In this document: one piece after another, positions 1 through 8,083 of the stretch
Position numbering within the stretch: the first letter of the stretch is position 1
Layout of the letters: each line of letters starts with the position of its first letter
Source of the DNA: Acidothermus cellulolyticus 11B
GTDB lineage: Bacteria > Actinomycetota > Actinomycetes > Acidothermales > Acidothermaceae
Length of the DNA stretch: 32,000 nt
Assembly: GCF_000015025.1 (NCBI RefSeq)
Contig: NC_008578.1
Span: forward strand, 90,001-122,000
Direction: 5' to 3'
Program-made: the position numbers and the translations under genes
The notes under the pieces: generated by a model
Databases searched by the model: none
The model's input: the letters and a program-made list of their open reading frames with translations, nothing else
What the model was told of the DNA's origin: nothing

Positions 1-385
1 CCGGGGTCCAGGTCACGGTGAATGCGGTGGTCGACGTGCCGGTCCAGAACGTCGTGATGTGGCCGGGATTGCTGGCGCTGCCGCCATTGGCCCGCAGGGC
101 GTTGTTGGCGCCGCCTCTGCCATTGGTCGGCGCGGCGGCGTAAAGGTCGAAATCCGTAGGGTTGCGATATCCGAGGGCAATTGTCCAGGTGCCGTCGCCG
201 TTGTTCCAGGCGCAGGCGGCCGTACCGACCAGCTGCTGGCACGTTCGCCAGTCCTGAGACTGATGCGATACCGTGTCGCAGTTGATGAGCGTGGCAGCGC
301 GTGCCGGCGATGCGGGTACCGCAAGCACGACGGCGGCGCCGGCGAGAATGCCGGCGCTGACGACCGCCCGGATCCGGACTCCCAT
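1..385 (-). CDS. secreted protein of unknown function, N-terminal part (the gene runs off the left edge)
   Basis: Absent from the ORF track because it has no stop in the window. ATG at 385..383. Reads MGVRIRAVVSAGILAGAAVVLAVPASPARA/ATLINCDTVSHQSQDWRTCQQLVGTAACAWNNGDG... with no stop down to position 2. Sec-type signal peptide with an A-R-A cleavage site. Strongly G/C-biased third codon positions. Confidence 0.6.
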   Translation of the reverse strand, partial: MGVRIRAVVSAGILAGAAVVLAVPASPARAATLINCDTVSHQSQDWRTCQQLVGTAACAWNNGDGTWTIALGYRNPTDFDLYAAAPTNGRGGANNALRANGGSASNPGHITTFWTGTSTTAFTVTWTP

Positions 386-452
386 CGCCACCTACGCCGC
401 CGACAGCCACAGCTGCTGGAAATTCACCTCTTAGAAATCGGCTGTGTGCGGG

Positions 453-499
453 AAAACTGTAGCGCCGGTCGGCGTAGCTGATGCTCAGCCGAACGGCGC
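453..499 (-). terminator. intrinsic terminator downstream of the 52-aa membrane protein gene
   Basis: Minus strand: GCGCCGTTCGGC (499..488) pairs with GCCGACCGGCGC (473..462). 12-bp stem with one mismatch and a 14-nt loop, followed 4 nt later by a TTTT run (456..453). Confidence 0.45.
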
Positions 500-550
500 T
501 ATCGGATCCGTCGCCCAGACGGTGCTATGGAGCGGTGGGGCGCATCGTCG

Positions 551-709
551 TCACCATCGGTACCACCGCGAGCCAGAACCGGAGCGGAACGCGAAACCGG
601 CCAGCCACGCGAGGAAGAAGACAATTGCGATGATCCAAAGCCAGTGAAGAGCGAATCCCAGTCCGCCAAAAATCAAGGCGAGCAGGAGAACGAGCAGAAC
701 GACACCCAT
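551..709 (-). CDS. small hydrophobic membrane protein (52 aa)
   Basis: Below the ORF-track size cut-off. ATG at 709 preceded by AATGGAGGTTTCC (GGAGG 6 nt upstream). Translation: MGVVLLVLLLALIFGGLGFALHWLWIIAIVFFLAWLAGFAFRSGSGSRWYRW. Two predicted TM helices and a basic RWYRW tail. Resembles the short 'hydrophobic protein' family common in actinobacteria. Confidence 0.7.
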   Translation of the reverse strand: MGVVLLVLLLALIFGGLGFALHWLWIIAIVFFLAWLAGFAFRSGSGSRWYRW

Positions 710-808
710 GGAAACCTCCATTATGTTCGGAATTGGGTTGTGTCGGTGGAAATGCGTGACAGCCGGGGATCCGGGCCGCAGAGATGTCTCGGATGAGGTG
801 GCCGCGGC

Positions 809-1045
809 CTAGTACGTGTCCTCTCGTTCGATGATGTGTTCACGCGCCGTCGTCGGCGTTGTTTCGATGATGCGGGTCCGACGTCGCGGTGCGAAGACGG
901 TGAGCACCGTGATGAGTCCGATGGCGCCCGCCACCATCAAGATTATTCCGATGGTCTGTACGGAGACGCCACTGACCGACGTGTGGACGGCGAAGGTCAG
1001 GATGGCGCCGACAGCCATCAGGAATATCGCTGCGCCGATACCCAT
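809..1045 (-). CDS. DUF6458-like small membrane protein (78 aa)
   Basis: ORF MGIGAAIFLMAVGAILTFAVHTSVSGVSVQTIGIILMVAGAIGLITVLTVF... has two TM helices followed by a charged tail. GAGGAGG Shine-Dalgarno 6 nt upstream of the ATG. Confidence 0.8.
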   Translation of the reverse strand: MGIGAAIFLMAVGAILTFAVHTSVSGVSVQTIGIILMVAGAIGLITVLTVFAPRRRTRIIETTPTTAREHIIEREDTY

Positions 1046-1200
1046 CGGATACCTCCTCGGGTCCCACCTCAGGTCGAGGTGATACTGGAGCCAGCTATAC
1101 CCGGCCCCGCCATCGGCAAACCAACGTTGGTGCGGTCTTCAGCCAGGCACCGGACCCGAGATGCTCACCTTCGAGGGCGGGAACACGCACTAAGAAGGAC

Positions 1201-1285
1201 GATCATCCCTGCCTGTCGACGAACCCGGCGCACGGTCGACCAAACGGCACGCACCCAAGGGTGGCGATTATCCCTGCCTGCCGAC
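1201..1285. repeat. two copies of a 20-bp direct repeat (18/20 identical), 65 bp apart
   Basis: GATCATCCCTGCCTGTCGAC (1201..1220) and GATTATCCCTGCCTGCCGAC (1266..1285). They lie in the non-coding gap between the regX3 stop and the DUF6458 gene start. Confidence 0.7.
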
Positions 1286-1287
1286 AG

Positions 1288-1308
1288 GTGGGCATCGTCC
1301 ATGCCCAC
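1288..1308 (-). terminator. hairpin just downstream of regX3 (possible terminator, no U-tract)
   Basis: GTGGGCAT-cgtcc-ATGCCCAC. Perfect 8-bp stem, 25 nt after the regX3 stop codon. Confidence 0.3.
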
Positions 1309-1332
1309 GGGTGGGTGTCGTCCCGGATGCTG

Positions 1333-2019
1333 TTACGGCTCGAATTTGTATCCAACTCCGCGAACGGTCACTAAGTGCCGCGGTTCGGAAGGGTCGTCTT
1401 CGATGCGGCTGCGCAGCCGCTTGACATGGACATCCAGGGTTTTCGTGTCACCGACGTAATCGCCGCCCCAGATCCGATCGATGAGCTGTTGCCGGGTGAG
1501 CACCCGTCCGGCGTGACGCACCAGCATCTCGAGGAGCTCAAACTCCCGGAGCGGAAGATGCACGGGAGCGCCGCGTACCAGTACGACGTGCCGGTCAATG
1601 TCGATCCGGACCGGACCCGCCTCGAGGACCGTCGTCCGCTGTTCGTCACCGCCACCGTCCCGACGTCGGAGCACGGCGCGAATTCGGGCTACCAGCTCGC
1701 GCGACGAGAAAGGCTTGGTCACGTAGTCATCGGCCCCGAGCTCGAGACCGACCACCTTGTCGACCTCACTGTCCCGAGCAGTCAGCATGATGATGGGAAC
1801 GTTGCTGCGCTCCCGCAGCCGACGGCAGACATCTGTCCCGGACAGCCCGGGAAGCATGAGGTCGAGCAGGACGAGATCGGCGCCCTGCCGCTCAAAGAGT
1901 TCCAGCCCCTCCGTTCCCGAGCCTGCCGTGTGGACGACGAATCCTTCACGGCGAAGCATGTACGCCAGAGTCTCGGAGAATGACTCCTCGTCCTCGATGA
2001 CAAGCAGCTGTGTCACCAT
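1333..2019 (-). CDS. regX3: OmpR/PhoB-family response regulator, phosphate-starvation type (RegX3/PhoP)
   Basis: 228 aa. LVIEDEES...DLVLLDLMLPGLSGTDVCRRLRERSNVPIIMLTARDSEVDKVVGLELGADDYVTKPFSSRELVARIRAVLRR is near-colinear with mycobacterial RegX3. C-terminal winged-helix domain (VRGVGYKF). Sits downstream of the partner kinase and next to phoU/pst. Confidence 0.93.
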   Translation of the reverse strand: MVTQLLVIEDEESFSETLAYMLRREGFVVHTAGSGTEGLELFERQGADLVLLDLMLPGLSGTDVCRRLRERSNVPIIMLTARDSEVDKVVGLELGADDYVTKPFSSRELVARIRAVLRRRDGGGDEQRTTVLEAGPVRIDIDRHVVLVRGAPVHLPLREFELLEMLVRHAGRVLTRQQLIDRIWGGDYVGDTKTLDVHVKRLRSRIEDDPSEPRHLVTVRGVGYKFEP

Positions 2020-2152
2020 TCCCCTTTCCTTATTTCAGCGAGGATGTCGAACCGCTCCACGGCGTCCCACCCTCTCCGCACGCCCCGGGCTGTGCGCCGC
2101 TCGCTGCTCGGTGTCGTGCGTCATATCCGATCCGCGCGACATGCGCTGCTCC

Positions 2153-3301
2153 TCACCGGTCATCACGTGTCGCTCCCGGTTCCGGGCTATCAGGGCGCGT
2201 AACCAGATCGGTAACCGACGACGTTGTGTCCGATGCAGGTGCGGGCAAATGCAGAGTGAATGTTGAGCCGGTGCCCGGCTTGCTCCAGACGGAGATACGG
2301 CCGCCGTGATTGTTCACAATGTGTTTCACAATCGCCAGACCGAGGCCTGTTCCACCGGTGGCGCGGGAGCGTCCAGGGTCGACCCGGTAGAACCGCTCGA
2401 AGATGCGCTCTTGGTCCGCGCGGGCAATGCCGATGCCGTTATCGCTGACGGCGATTTCGACGATCCGACCCTCCGGCGTGACCCGCTCGCGTGCGCCGAC
2501 GCCGACCCGGCCGCCGCGGGACGAATAAACAATCGCGTTCTCGACGAGATTCGTGACCGCAGTCGCCAGCTGACGACGATCCCCCAGTACGCAAAGGTTT
2601 GCGGGTATGGCCACTTCCAGGCGGATGCCCGCCGCCTCCGCTCGAACGTGCAACGGCTCGACGGCGTCCGAAACGATGTCACTGACTCTTACCTCGCTCA
2701 ATTCCGGCAGCGGATCGCCGCCCTGCAGTCGCGAGAGGTCAATCAACTCCTTGACCAATCGCGACAGGCGGTTGGCCTCATGAATGAGACGGTCGATGAA
2801 GTGCGTGAGGGCGGCTGGGTCATCCTGCGCATCACGAATTGCCTCCGCCAGGAGCAGCATGGCGCCAACCGGCGTCTTCAACTCATGAGACACGTTCGCA
2901 ATGAAGTCGCGCCGGACCGCCTCGACCCGACGTGACTCCTCCACGTCGGTCACGAGCAGAACCACCCGCTTGGAGTCGAGGACCGGCGCCGCTACCGCGT
3001 GAACGGCTCGCACCGTTTCACCCCACGGCAGCTCGATTTCGGCGACCACCCGTCGTCCCACGCGCTGACTCTCGGCCGCCAATTGCGCGAGAACTCCAGA
3101 GGTGAGCCTTCCGTCAAAGACCAGACGCAACGCCGCCGCCGCCTCATTGGAGACGACCACACGGTCGCCTTCGGTGACGATCGCAGCTGCTTCGAGCGAA
3201 CGCAGGACCGTGTCGAGGATCTCTCGAGATTCGCCGTCGTCCGCGACGGCCGGTCGGGTGGCGTAGCGGCTATTCCGCACAGCTATATGGTAGGCGATCA
3301 C
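2153..3301 (-). CDS. senX3: sensor histidine kinase SenX3/PhoR type, apparently without transmembrane segments
   Basis: 382 aa. H-box RRDFIANVSHELKTPVGAM. N box NLVENAIVYS, G1 box SDNGIGI and G2 box GGTGLGLAIVKHIV. PAS-like N-terminal part. An in-frame TAA at 3350..3352 forbids any N-terminal extension. Confidence 0.9.
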   Translation of the reverse strand: MIAYHIAVRNSRYATRPAVADDGESREILDTVLRSLEAAAIVTEGDRVVVSNEAAAALRLVFDGRLTSGVLAQLAAESQRVGRRVVAEIELPWGETVRAVHAVAAPVLDSKRVVLLVTDVEESRRVEAVRRDFIANVSHELKTPVGAMLLLAEAIRDAQDDPAALTHFIDRLIHEANRLSRLVKELIDLSRLQGGDPLPELSEVRVSDIVSDAVEPLHVRAEAAGIRLEVAIPANLCVLGDRRQLATAVTNLVENAIVYSSRGGRVGVGARERVTPEGRIVEIAVSDNGIGIARADQERIFERFYRVDPGRSRATGGTGLGLAIVKHIVNNHGGRISVWSKPGTGSTFTLHLPAPASDTTSSVTDLVTRPDSPEPGATRDDR

Positions 3302-3336
3302 ATCCGGAACACGAAGCGATGCCGACTCAGGCGCCC

Positions 3337-3369
3337 GTTTGCCATTCGTTTACCTGATGTTCCACGGCA
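3337..3369 (+). promoter_or_regulatory. putative PHO box: three contiguous 11-nt direct repeat units
   Basis: GTTTGCCATTC / GTTTACCTGAT / GTTCCACGGCA, in exact 11-nt register, inside the senX3-phoU divergent intergenic region. Resembles the actinobacterial PhoP repeat unit GKTCAYYYRSG. Confidence 0.4.
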
Positions 3370-3450
3370 CGTCAATCGGCATGCACCCGCGGGCAAGTTT
3401 GCCCCGCGAATATCCGAACGGGTACATCGTCATCGACGCGGGTGGAGGAA

Positions 3451-4113
3451 ATGCGGGACGCCTACCACGAAGAACTCGATGCGTTGCGGGTCGACATGGT
3501 CGATCTCGCACGCCGCGTCCGGACAGCAATGTCTCGCGCGAGCCGCGCCCTCCTGGAAGGCGATCTCGCGGTGGCTGAAGAGGTCATCGACGGAGACGAC
3601 GATGTCGATCAGATGCGACGGGACATCGAGCGGCGCATTGTTGATCTTATCGCGCGTCAGCAGCCCGTCGCCAGCGACCTCCGGGTGCTCACCGCCGGCT
3701 TGCGCATCGTCGCAGATCTCGAGCGCGCCGGCGACCACGCGGTGCATCTCGCGAAACTTGCCCGCCGACGCTATCCGATGACGGTCGTTCCGGAGCCGCT
3801 CCGACCGGTGATCGCACGGATGGGAGAAGCCGCGGTCGGCATTGCCGGGGAGTTAGAAGAGGTCCTGGCGACGGCCGATGCAGCCCGTGCCGCGTCGATG
3901 GAACGCCATGACGACACGATGGACGCATTGCATCGCGCGCTCCTCCGGGAAATGCTCGAAACGCCGTGGTCATACGGCGTCGACACGGCAATCGATCTCG
4001 CGTACGCGAGCAGATATTTCGAGCGGTACGCCGATCACTTGGTATCCGCGGCTCGCCACGTCAATTACCAGGTGACCGGTCAGTGGACCGCGGAGGTGGG
4101 AGACCTTGCCTAA
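3451..4113 (+). CDS. phoU: phosphate signalling complex protein PhoU
   Basis: MRDAYHEELDALRVDMVDLARRV... is a typical actinobacterial PhoU N-terminus, with two PhoU repeats (DxxxD motifs). I prefer the ATG at 3451 over the track's GTG at 3442 on homology grounds. Confidence 0.92.
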   Translation: MRDAYHEELDALRVDMVDLARRVRTAMSRASRALLEGDLAVAEEVIDGDDDVDQMRRDIERRIVDLIARQQPVASDLRVLTAGLRIVADLERAGDHAVHLAKLARRRYPMTVVPEPLRPVIARMGEAAVGIAGELEEVLATADAARAASMERHDDTMDALHRALLREMLETPWSYGVDTAIDLAYASRYFERYADHLVSAARHVNYQVTGQWTAEVGDLA

Positions 4114-4114
4114 T

Positions 4115-4158
4115 ATTCGTCCGCTGTTTACTTTGCCGTCCTGGAGCGTTTCGACAGC
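4115..4158 (+). promoter_or_regulatory. weak PHO-box-like 11-nt periodic repeats upstream of pstS
   Basis: ATTCGTCCGCT / GTTTACTTTGC / CGTCCTGGAGC / GTTTCGACAGC. Units 2 and 4 share the GTTT start seen in the 3337..3369 repeats. The block ends about 50 nt upstream of the pstS start. Confidence 0.2.
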
Positions 4159-4209
4159 CCCCGTAACGTGGCAGGCGTTGGAGTTCCCAGCGAGACCAAG
4201 GAGTAATGC

Positions 4210-5385
4210 GTGAAACGTACTCGTCTGACCGTGACCAGTTCTGTGCTACTTGCAGTTCTGGCACTGGCCGCGTGCAGCAACAGCAACGCAGCTGGGCCAA
4301 GTAAATATGCGAGCAGCACGGGAACCAGCGCGCCTGCGGCAAGCAGTTCCTCCGGTACAGGGACGAGCAGCTCATCAGCAGCGGGCTCGCCGTCCGCCGA
4401 CCAGTGTCAGAGCGGCAATCTGACCGGCGGTGGATCGACGTTCCAAGCTCCGATGCAGCAAAAATGGATCTCCGAGTATATCTCCCGCTGCAAGAATGCA
4501 ACCATCAACTACTCGTCGATTGGTTCGGGCGCGGGAATCCAGCAATTCTCGGCCGGCACGGTGGACTTCGCCGGTTCTGACGTCCTGATGAAAGACGACG
4601 AACAGGCGGCAGCCGACAAGCGCTGCGCCAGTCCGGCGATTCACCTTCCGATCACTGCAGGCGGGGTCGGAATCCAGTACAACCTTCCGGGTATTACCAC
4701 TTTGCGTTTCTCACCGGACACGCTTGCCGACATCTTCCAAGGGAAAGTAACCAAGTGGAACGATCCTGAAATCGCCGCCGATAACCCCGGAGTGTCGCTG
4801 CCCGCAACGGCGATTACCGTCTTCTATCGGTCGGATGCATCCGGTACGACGGGTATCTTCTCGAGCTTCATGGCCGCGGCCAGCAAGAAGTGGACCCTCG
4901 GGACCGGGAAAACCCTCAACTGGCCGTCTACCGCGCAAGGCGCCAAGGGCAGTGAGGGCGTGAGCGCCGGTGTCGCTCAAACCGTGGGCGGGATCACATA
5001 TGCTGAGCAGGCATATGCCTTGCAGCACAAGCTACCGCTTGCCTTGGTGAAGAATGCCGGCGGTCAGTACGTGGCCCTCACGTCGGAAACCGTCAGCAAA
5101 GCACTTCAGGGCGCGACGATCCAACCGCGCAGTGCGCACGACCTCTCCGCGAAGATGAACTACCTGCCGACGGACCCGCAAGCATATCCAATATCGTCCG
5201 TTAGCTACGTCATCGTGTGCTCTACCTATCCGAGCAGCGTCTCGAAAGATACCGTGAACTTGTTGCGGTCCTACTTGGCATACGCAGTGACCGGTGGTCA
5301 GCAGTTCGCATCTACGCTCGGCTACGCGCCGCTACCGACGGATCTTGCGCAGAAAGTCCAAGCCTCGATCGATGCGATTTCGTGA
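4210..5385 (+). CDS. pstS: phosphate ABC transporter substrate-binding lipoprotein PstS
   Basis: 391 aa. Lipobox LALAAC|SNS, Ser/Ala-rich linker, then GGGSTFQAPMQQKWISEY...GSGAGIQQF...FAGSD, typical of PstS. AAGGAG RBS 6 nt before the GTG at 4210. Confidence 0.93.
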   Translation: MKRTRLTVTSSVLLAVLALAACSNSNAAGPSKYASSTGTSAPAASSSSGTGTSSSSAAGSPSADQCQSGNLTGGGSTFQAPMQQKWISEYISRCKNATINYSSIGSGAGIQQFSAGTVDFAGSDVLMKDDEQAAADKRCASPAIHLPITAGGVGIQYNLPGITTLRFSPDTLADIFQGKVTKWNDPEIAADNPGVSLPATAITVFYRSDASGTTGIFSSFMAAASKKWTLGTGKTLNWPSTAQGAKGSEGVSAGVAQTVGGITYAEQAYALQHKLPLALVKNAGGQYVALTSETVSKALQGATIQPRSAHDLSAKMNYLPTDPQAYPISSVSYVIVCSTYPSSVSKDTVNLLRSYLAYAVTGGQQFASTLGYAPLPTDLAQKVQASIDAIS

Positions 5386-5392
5386 TTCGTCG

Positions 5393-6391
5393 ATGACGCG
5401 AAGCGAACCGAGTGCGGTGCCGGCGGCGGTTTCGGGGGGCCGTCGCCGGCACCGCGGTGCTGCGGGTGACAGCGTCTTCCATGTCGCTGTATGGGCGGCC
5501 GCTTGCTTCGTACTCGCCGTGCTTGCCGCGATTATCATCTTTCTTGCCTGGCGGGCGGTTCCCGCACTCCGGGCGGACACCGCGAACTTCTGGACGACGA
5601 CGCGTTGGCTACCGGACAACACGCCGCCCGCATTCGGTGTCGCCGCCCTGGCGTTCGGTACCTTTTTGTCAGCAGCGTTGGCCCTGGTGATTGCCGTACC
5701 TGTTGCGTTGGGAACTGCACTGTTCGCGACTGAGTACGCCTCACCGCGGGTTGGCCCGTGGCTCGGATATCTTGTGGACCTTCTCGCCGCGGTCCCGAGC
5801 GTGGTTTACGGCTTGTGGGGCCTGTATTGGCTCGTGCCGCATCTAACGCCGGTACAACATGGCCTTGCCCGCACGCTGGGCTTCATCCCGCTCTTCAGTG
5901 ATCCGCGTGGAGTAACAGCCCAACCAAGCCGCTCAATCTTCGCCGTGTCGCTCATTCTTGCCGTCATGATCATTCCCATTATTGCGGCGGTGTCTCGCGA
6001 GATCTTCTTGCAGGTTGAGCCCGGCTTGCGCGAGGCGGCGCTGGGCATCGGCGCCACCCGGTGGGACATGATCCGGTTAGCCGTTCTGCCGGTGAGCCGG
6101 TTCGGACTCTTCGGGGCCGTCATGTTGGGCCTCGGCCGCGCGCTTGGTGAAACAATCGCGGTGGCACTCGTTCTTGGTTCGTCCTTTTCCATCGACTTTC
6201 ATCTTCTGGTTCCCGGCAAGAACACCATCGCGGCGAATATCGCGACGCAGTTTGCCGAGGCCGGCCCGACCGGGCGATCCGCGCTGATCGCAAGCGGCTT
6301 GGTGCTGTTCGGCATGACGATCGTCACAGCGCTGCTCGCGCGCTTCATTATTCGACGTTCCGGTGCTCAAGAGCGGAGCGCGATCGTATGA
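5393..6391 (+). CDS. pstC: phosphate ABC transporter permease PstC
   Basis: Multi-TM permease with the EAA-type loop (REAALGIGATRWDMIRLAVLP). The track ORF starts at 5294 inside pstS. I trimmed it to the in-frame ATG at 5393, 8 nt after the pstS stop. Confidence 0.9.
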   Translation: MTRSEPSAVPAAVSGGRRRHRGAAGDSVFHVAVWAAACFVLAVLAAIIIFLAWRAVPALRADTANFWTTTRWLPDNTPPAFGVAALAFGTFLSAALALVIAVPVALGTALFATEYASPRVGPWLGYLVDLLAAVPSVVYGLWGLYWLVPHLTPVQHGLARTLGFIPLFSDPRGVTAQPSRSIFAVSLILAVMIIPIIAAVSREIFLQVEPGLREAALGIGATRWDMIRLAVLPVSRFGLFGAVMLGLGRALGETIAVALVLGSSFSIDFHLLVPGKNTIAANIATQFAEAGPTGRSALIASGLVLFGMTIVTALLARFIIRRSGAQERSAIV

Positions 6392-7284
6392 CCGCGTCCA
6401 GCCTGTTGGCCGCCTCGAAAATCCAACGCCGGGCTCGCTCGCGCCTCGTGAGCGGCACGATGAGTCTTCTCATTGCCGGCGCTTTCCTCCTTGCCGCGGT
6501 TCCGTTGTTTCTAGTGGTCGGTTACACGCTGTCCCGTGGCGTCACGCACTTTTCGTGGATCTTCTTCAGCCACTCGCTCGCGGGCGTTCCCCCGTCACAG
6601 CCAGGTGGTGGTATCGCCGCAGCAACAATCGGAACCATCGAGCAGGTGGGCATCGCCACCCTTGTGAGCGTGCCGCTCGGCCTGGCGGCGGCGATTTACC
6701 TGGCCGAATATGGCGTCGGCACGCGCTTCGCCGGGGCGGTGAGCTTCCTGGTCGACGTCATGACAGGGGTTCCGTCGATCGTTGCCGGACTCTTCGTTTA
6801 CGCCTTCTTCGTCATTTCCTTGCACCGCGGATTCTCCGGACTTGCCGCCGCCCTGGCGCTGAGCATTCTCATGCTCCCGGTCGTGATTCGGTCCAGCCAA
6901 GACATGATCGCCGCCGTCCCGACGTCGCTTCGGGAAGCCGGCTACGCACTCGGCCTGCGACGCTGGCGGGTAATTGCCTTCATCGTCCTGCCGACCGCCA
7001 GGAGCGGCCTGGTCACCGGCGTGATGCTGGCCGTCGCACGGGTCTGCGGCGAAACCGCCCCGTTGCTCGTCACCGCCTTCGACAACGCGTACATCAACAC
7101 GAACCCGCTGCACGGTCAGCAGAGTGCACTCCCTCTGGTGATTTTCAACCAGGCACAGCAGGCGTATCAACCCGCGGTTGATCGCGCGTGGGCTGCGGCG
7201 GCAACCCTCATTCTCGCCATCGTCACGCTCTACATCACCGCCCGGCTGCTGGCACGTCGACGCCTGGGAGGCAAGAGTGGCTAA
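6388..7284 (+). CDS. pstA: phosphate ABC transporter permease PstA
   Basis: 298 aa. ATGA start/stop overlap with pstC. Permease loop [22 protein letters not shown]. Confidence 0.9.
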   Translation: MTASSLLAASKIQRRARSRLVSGTMSLLIAGAFLLAAVPLFLVVGYTLSRGVTHFSWIFFSHSLAGVPPSQPGGGIAAATIGTIEQVGIATLVSVPLGLAAAIYLAEYGVGTRFAGAVSFLVDVMTGVPSIVAGLFVYAFFVISLHRGFSGLAAALALSILMLPVVIRSSQDMIAAVPTSLREAGYALGLRRWRVIAFIVLPTARSGLVTGVMLAVARVCGETAPLLVTAFDNAYINTNPLHGQQSALPLVIFNQAQQAYQPAVDRAWAAAATLILAIVTLYITARLLARRRLGGKSG

Positions 7285-8050
7285 ACGCATAGAACTGATT
7301 GACCTGTCGTGTTCCTATCGAGACCGGGTCGCGGTCACCGACGTCACGATGACTATAGAACCGAAGTCGGTAACCGCCATTATCGGTCCATCCGGCTGTG
7401 GTAAGTCGACCGTGTTGCGGGCGATCAACCGGCTCCATGAAACCATCCCCGGTGCCAAAGTGCACGGACGTGTGCTGCTCGACGGGGAGGACATCTACGA
7501 TCCGCGCATCGACGTCGTCACTGTCCGGCGGACCGTTGGGATGGTGTTTCAGCGCCCCAATCCATTTCCGACCATGTCCATCTACGACAATGTCGCGGCA
7601 GGTCTTCGCCTTGCCGGCGTTCGACGCGCAGACATGGACGACCTTGTCGAGGAGGCTCTTACCGCCGCGCATTTGTGGTCCGAAGTCAAGGACCGGCTGC
7701 GCCGACCAGCGGGCGCGCTCTCCGGGGGTCAGCAGCAACGACTGTGCATCGCCCGCGCCATCGCTGTCCGACCCGATGTTCTGCTCATGGATGAGCCGTG
7801 CTCGGCACTCGACCCGATTTCGACACTTGCCATCGAGGATCTCATCCGTGAATTGCGAAACGACTACACTGTCGTCATCGTCACCCATAACATGCAGCAG
7901 GCCAGCCGCGTCAGCGACATGACGGCATTCTTCACCGTCGAAGGTCCGGGCCAGCCCGGTCGGCTCGTTGAATATGCCGACACGAGCAAGCTTTTCTCCG
8001 TGCCGGCGGATCGTCGCACCGAGGACTACATCACCGGCCGGGTCGGCTGA
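7277..8050 (+). CDS. pstB: phosphate ABC transporter ATP-binding protein PstB
   Basis: Walker [10 protein letters not shown], signature [14 protein letters not shown], Walker B LLMDEP. Start trimmed to the GTG at 7277 (GGGAGG RBS, 8-nt overlap with pstA) instead of the track start at 7178. Confidence 0.93.
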   Translation: MAKRIELIDLSCSYRDRVAVTDVTMTIEPKSVTAIIGPSGCGKSTVLRAINRLHETIPGAKVHGRVLLDGEDIYDPRIDVVTVRRTVGMVFQRPNPFPTMSIYDNVAAGLRLAGVRRADMDDLVEEALTAAHLWSEVKDRLRRPAGALSGGQQQRLCIARAIAVRPDVLLMDEPCSALDPISTLAIEDLIRELRNDYTVVIVTHNMQQASRVSDMTAFFTVEGPGQPGRLVEYADTSKLFSVPADRRTEDYITGRVG

Positions 8051-8083
8051 GTTCCCGCCGCGGCGTCTGCCGTCGCAGCGCCA

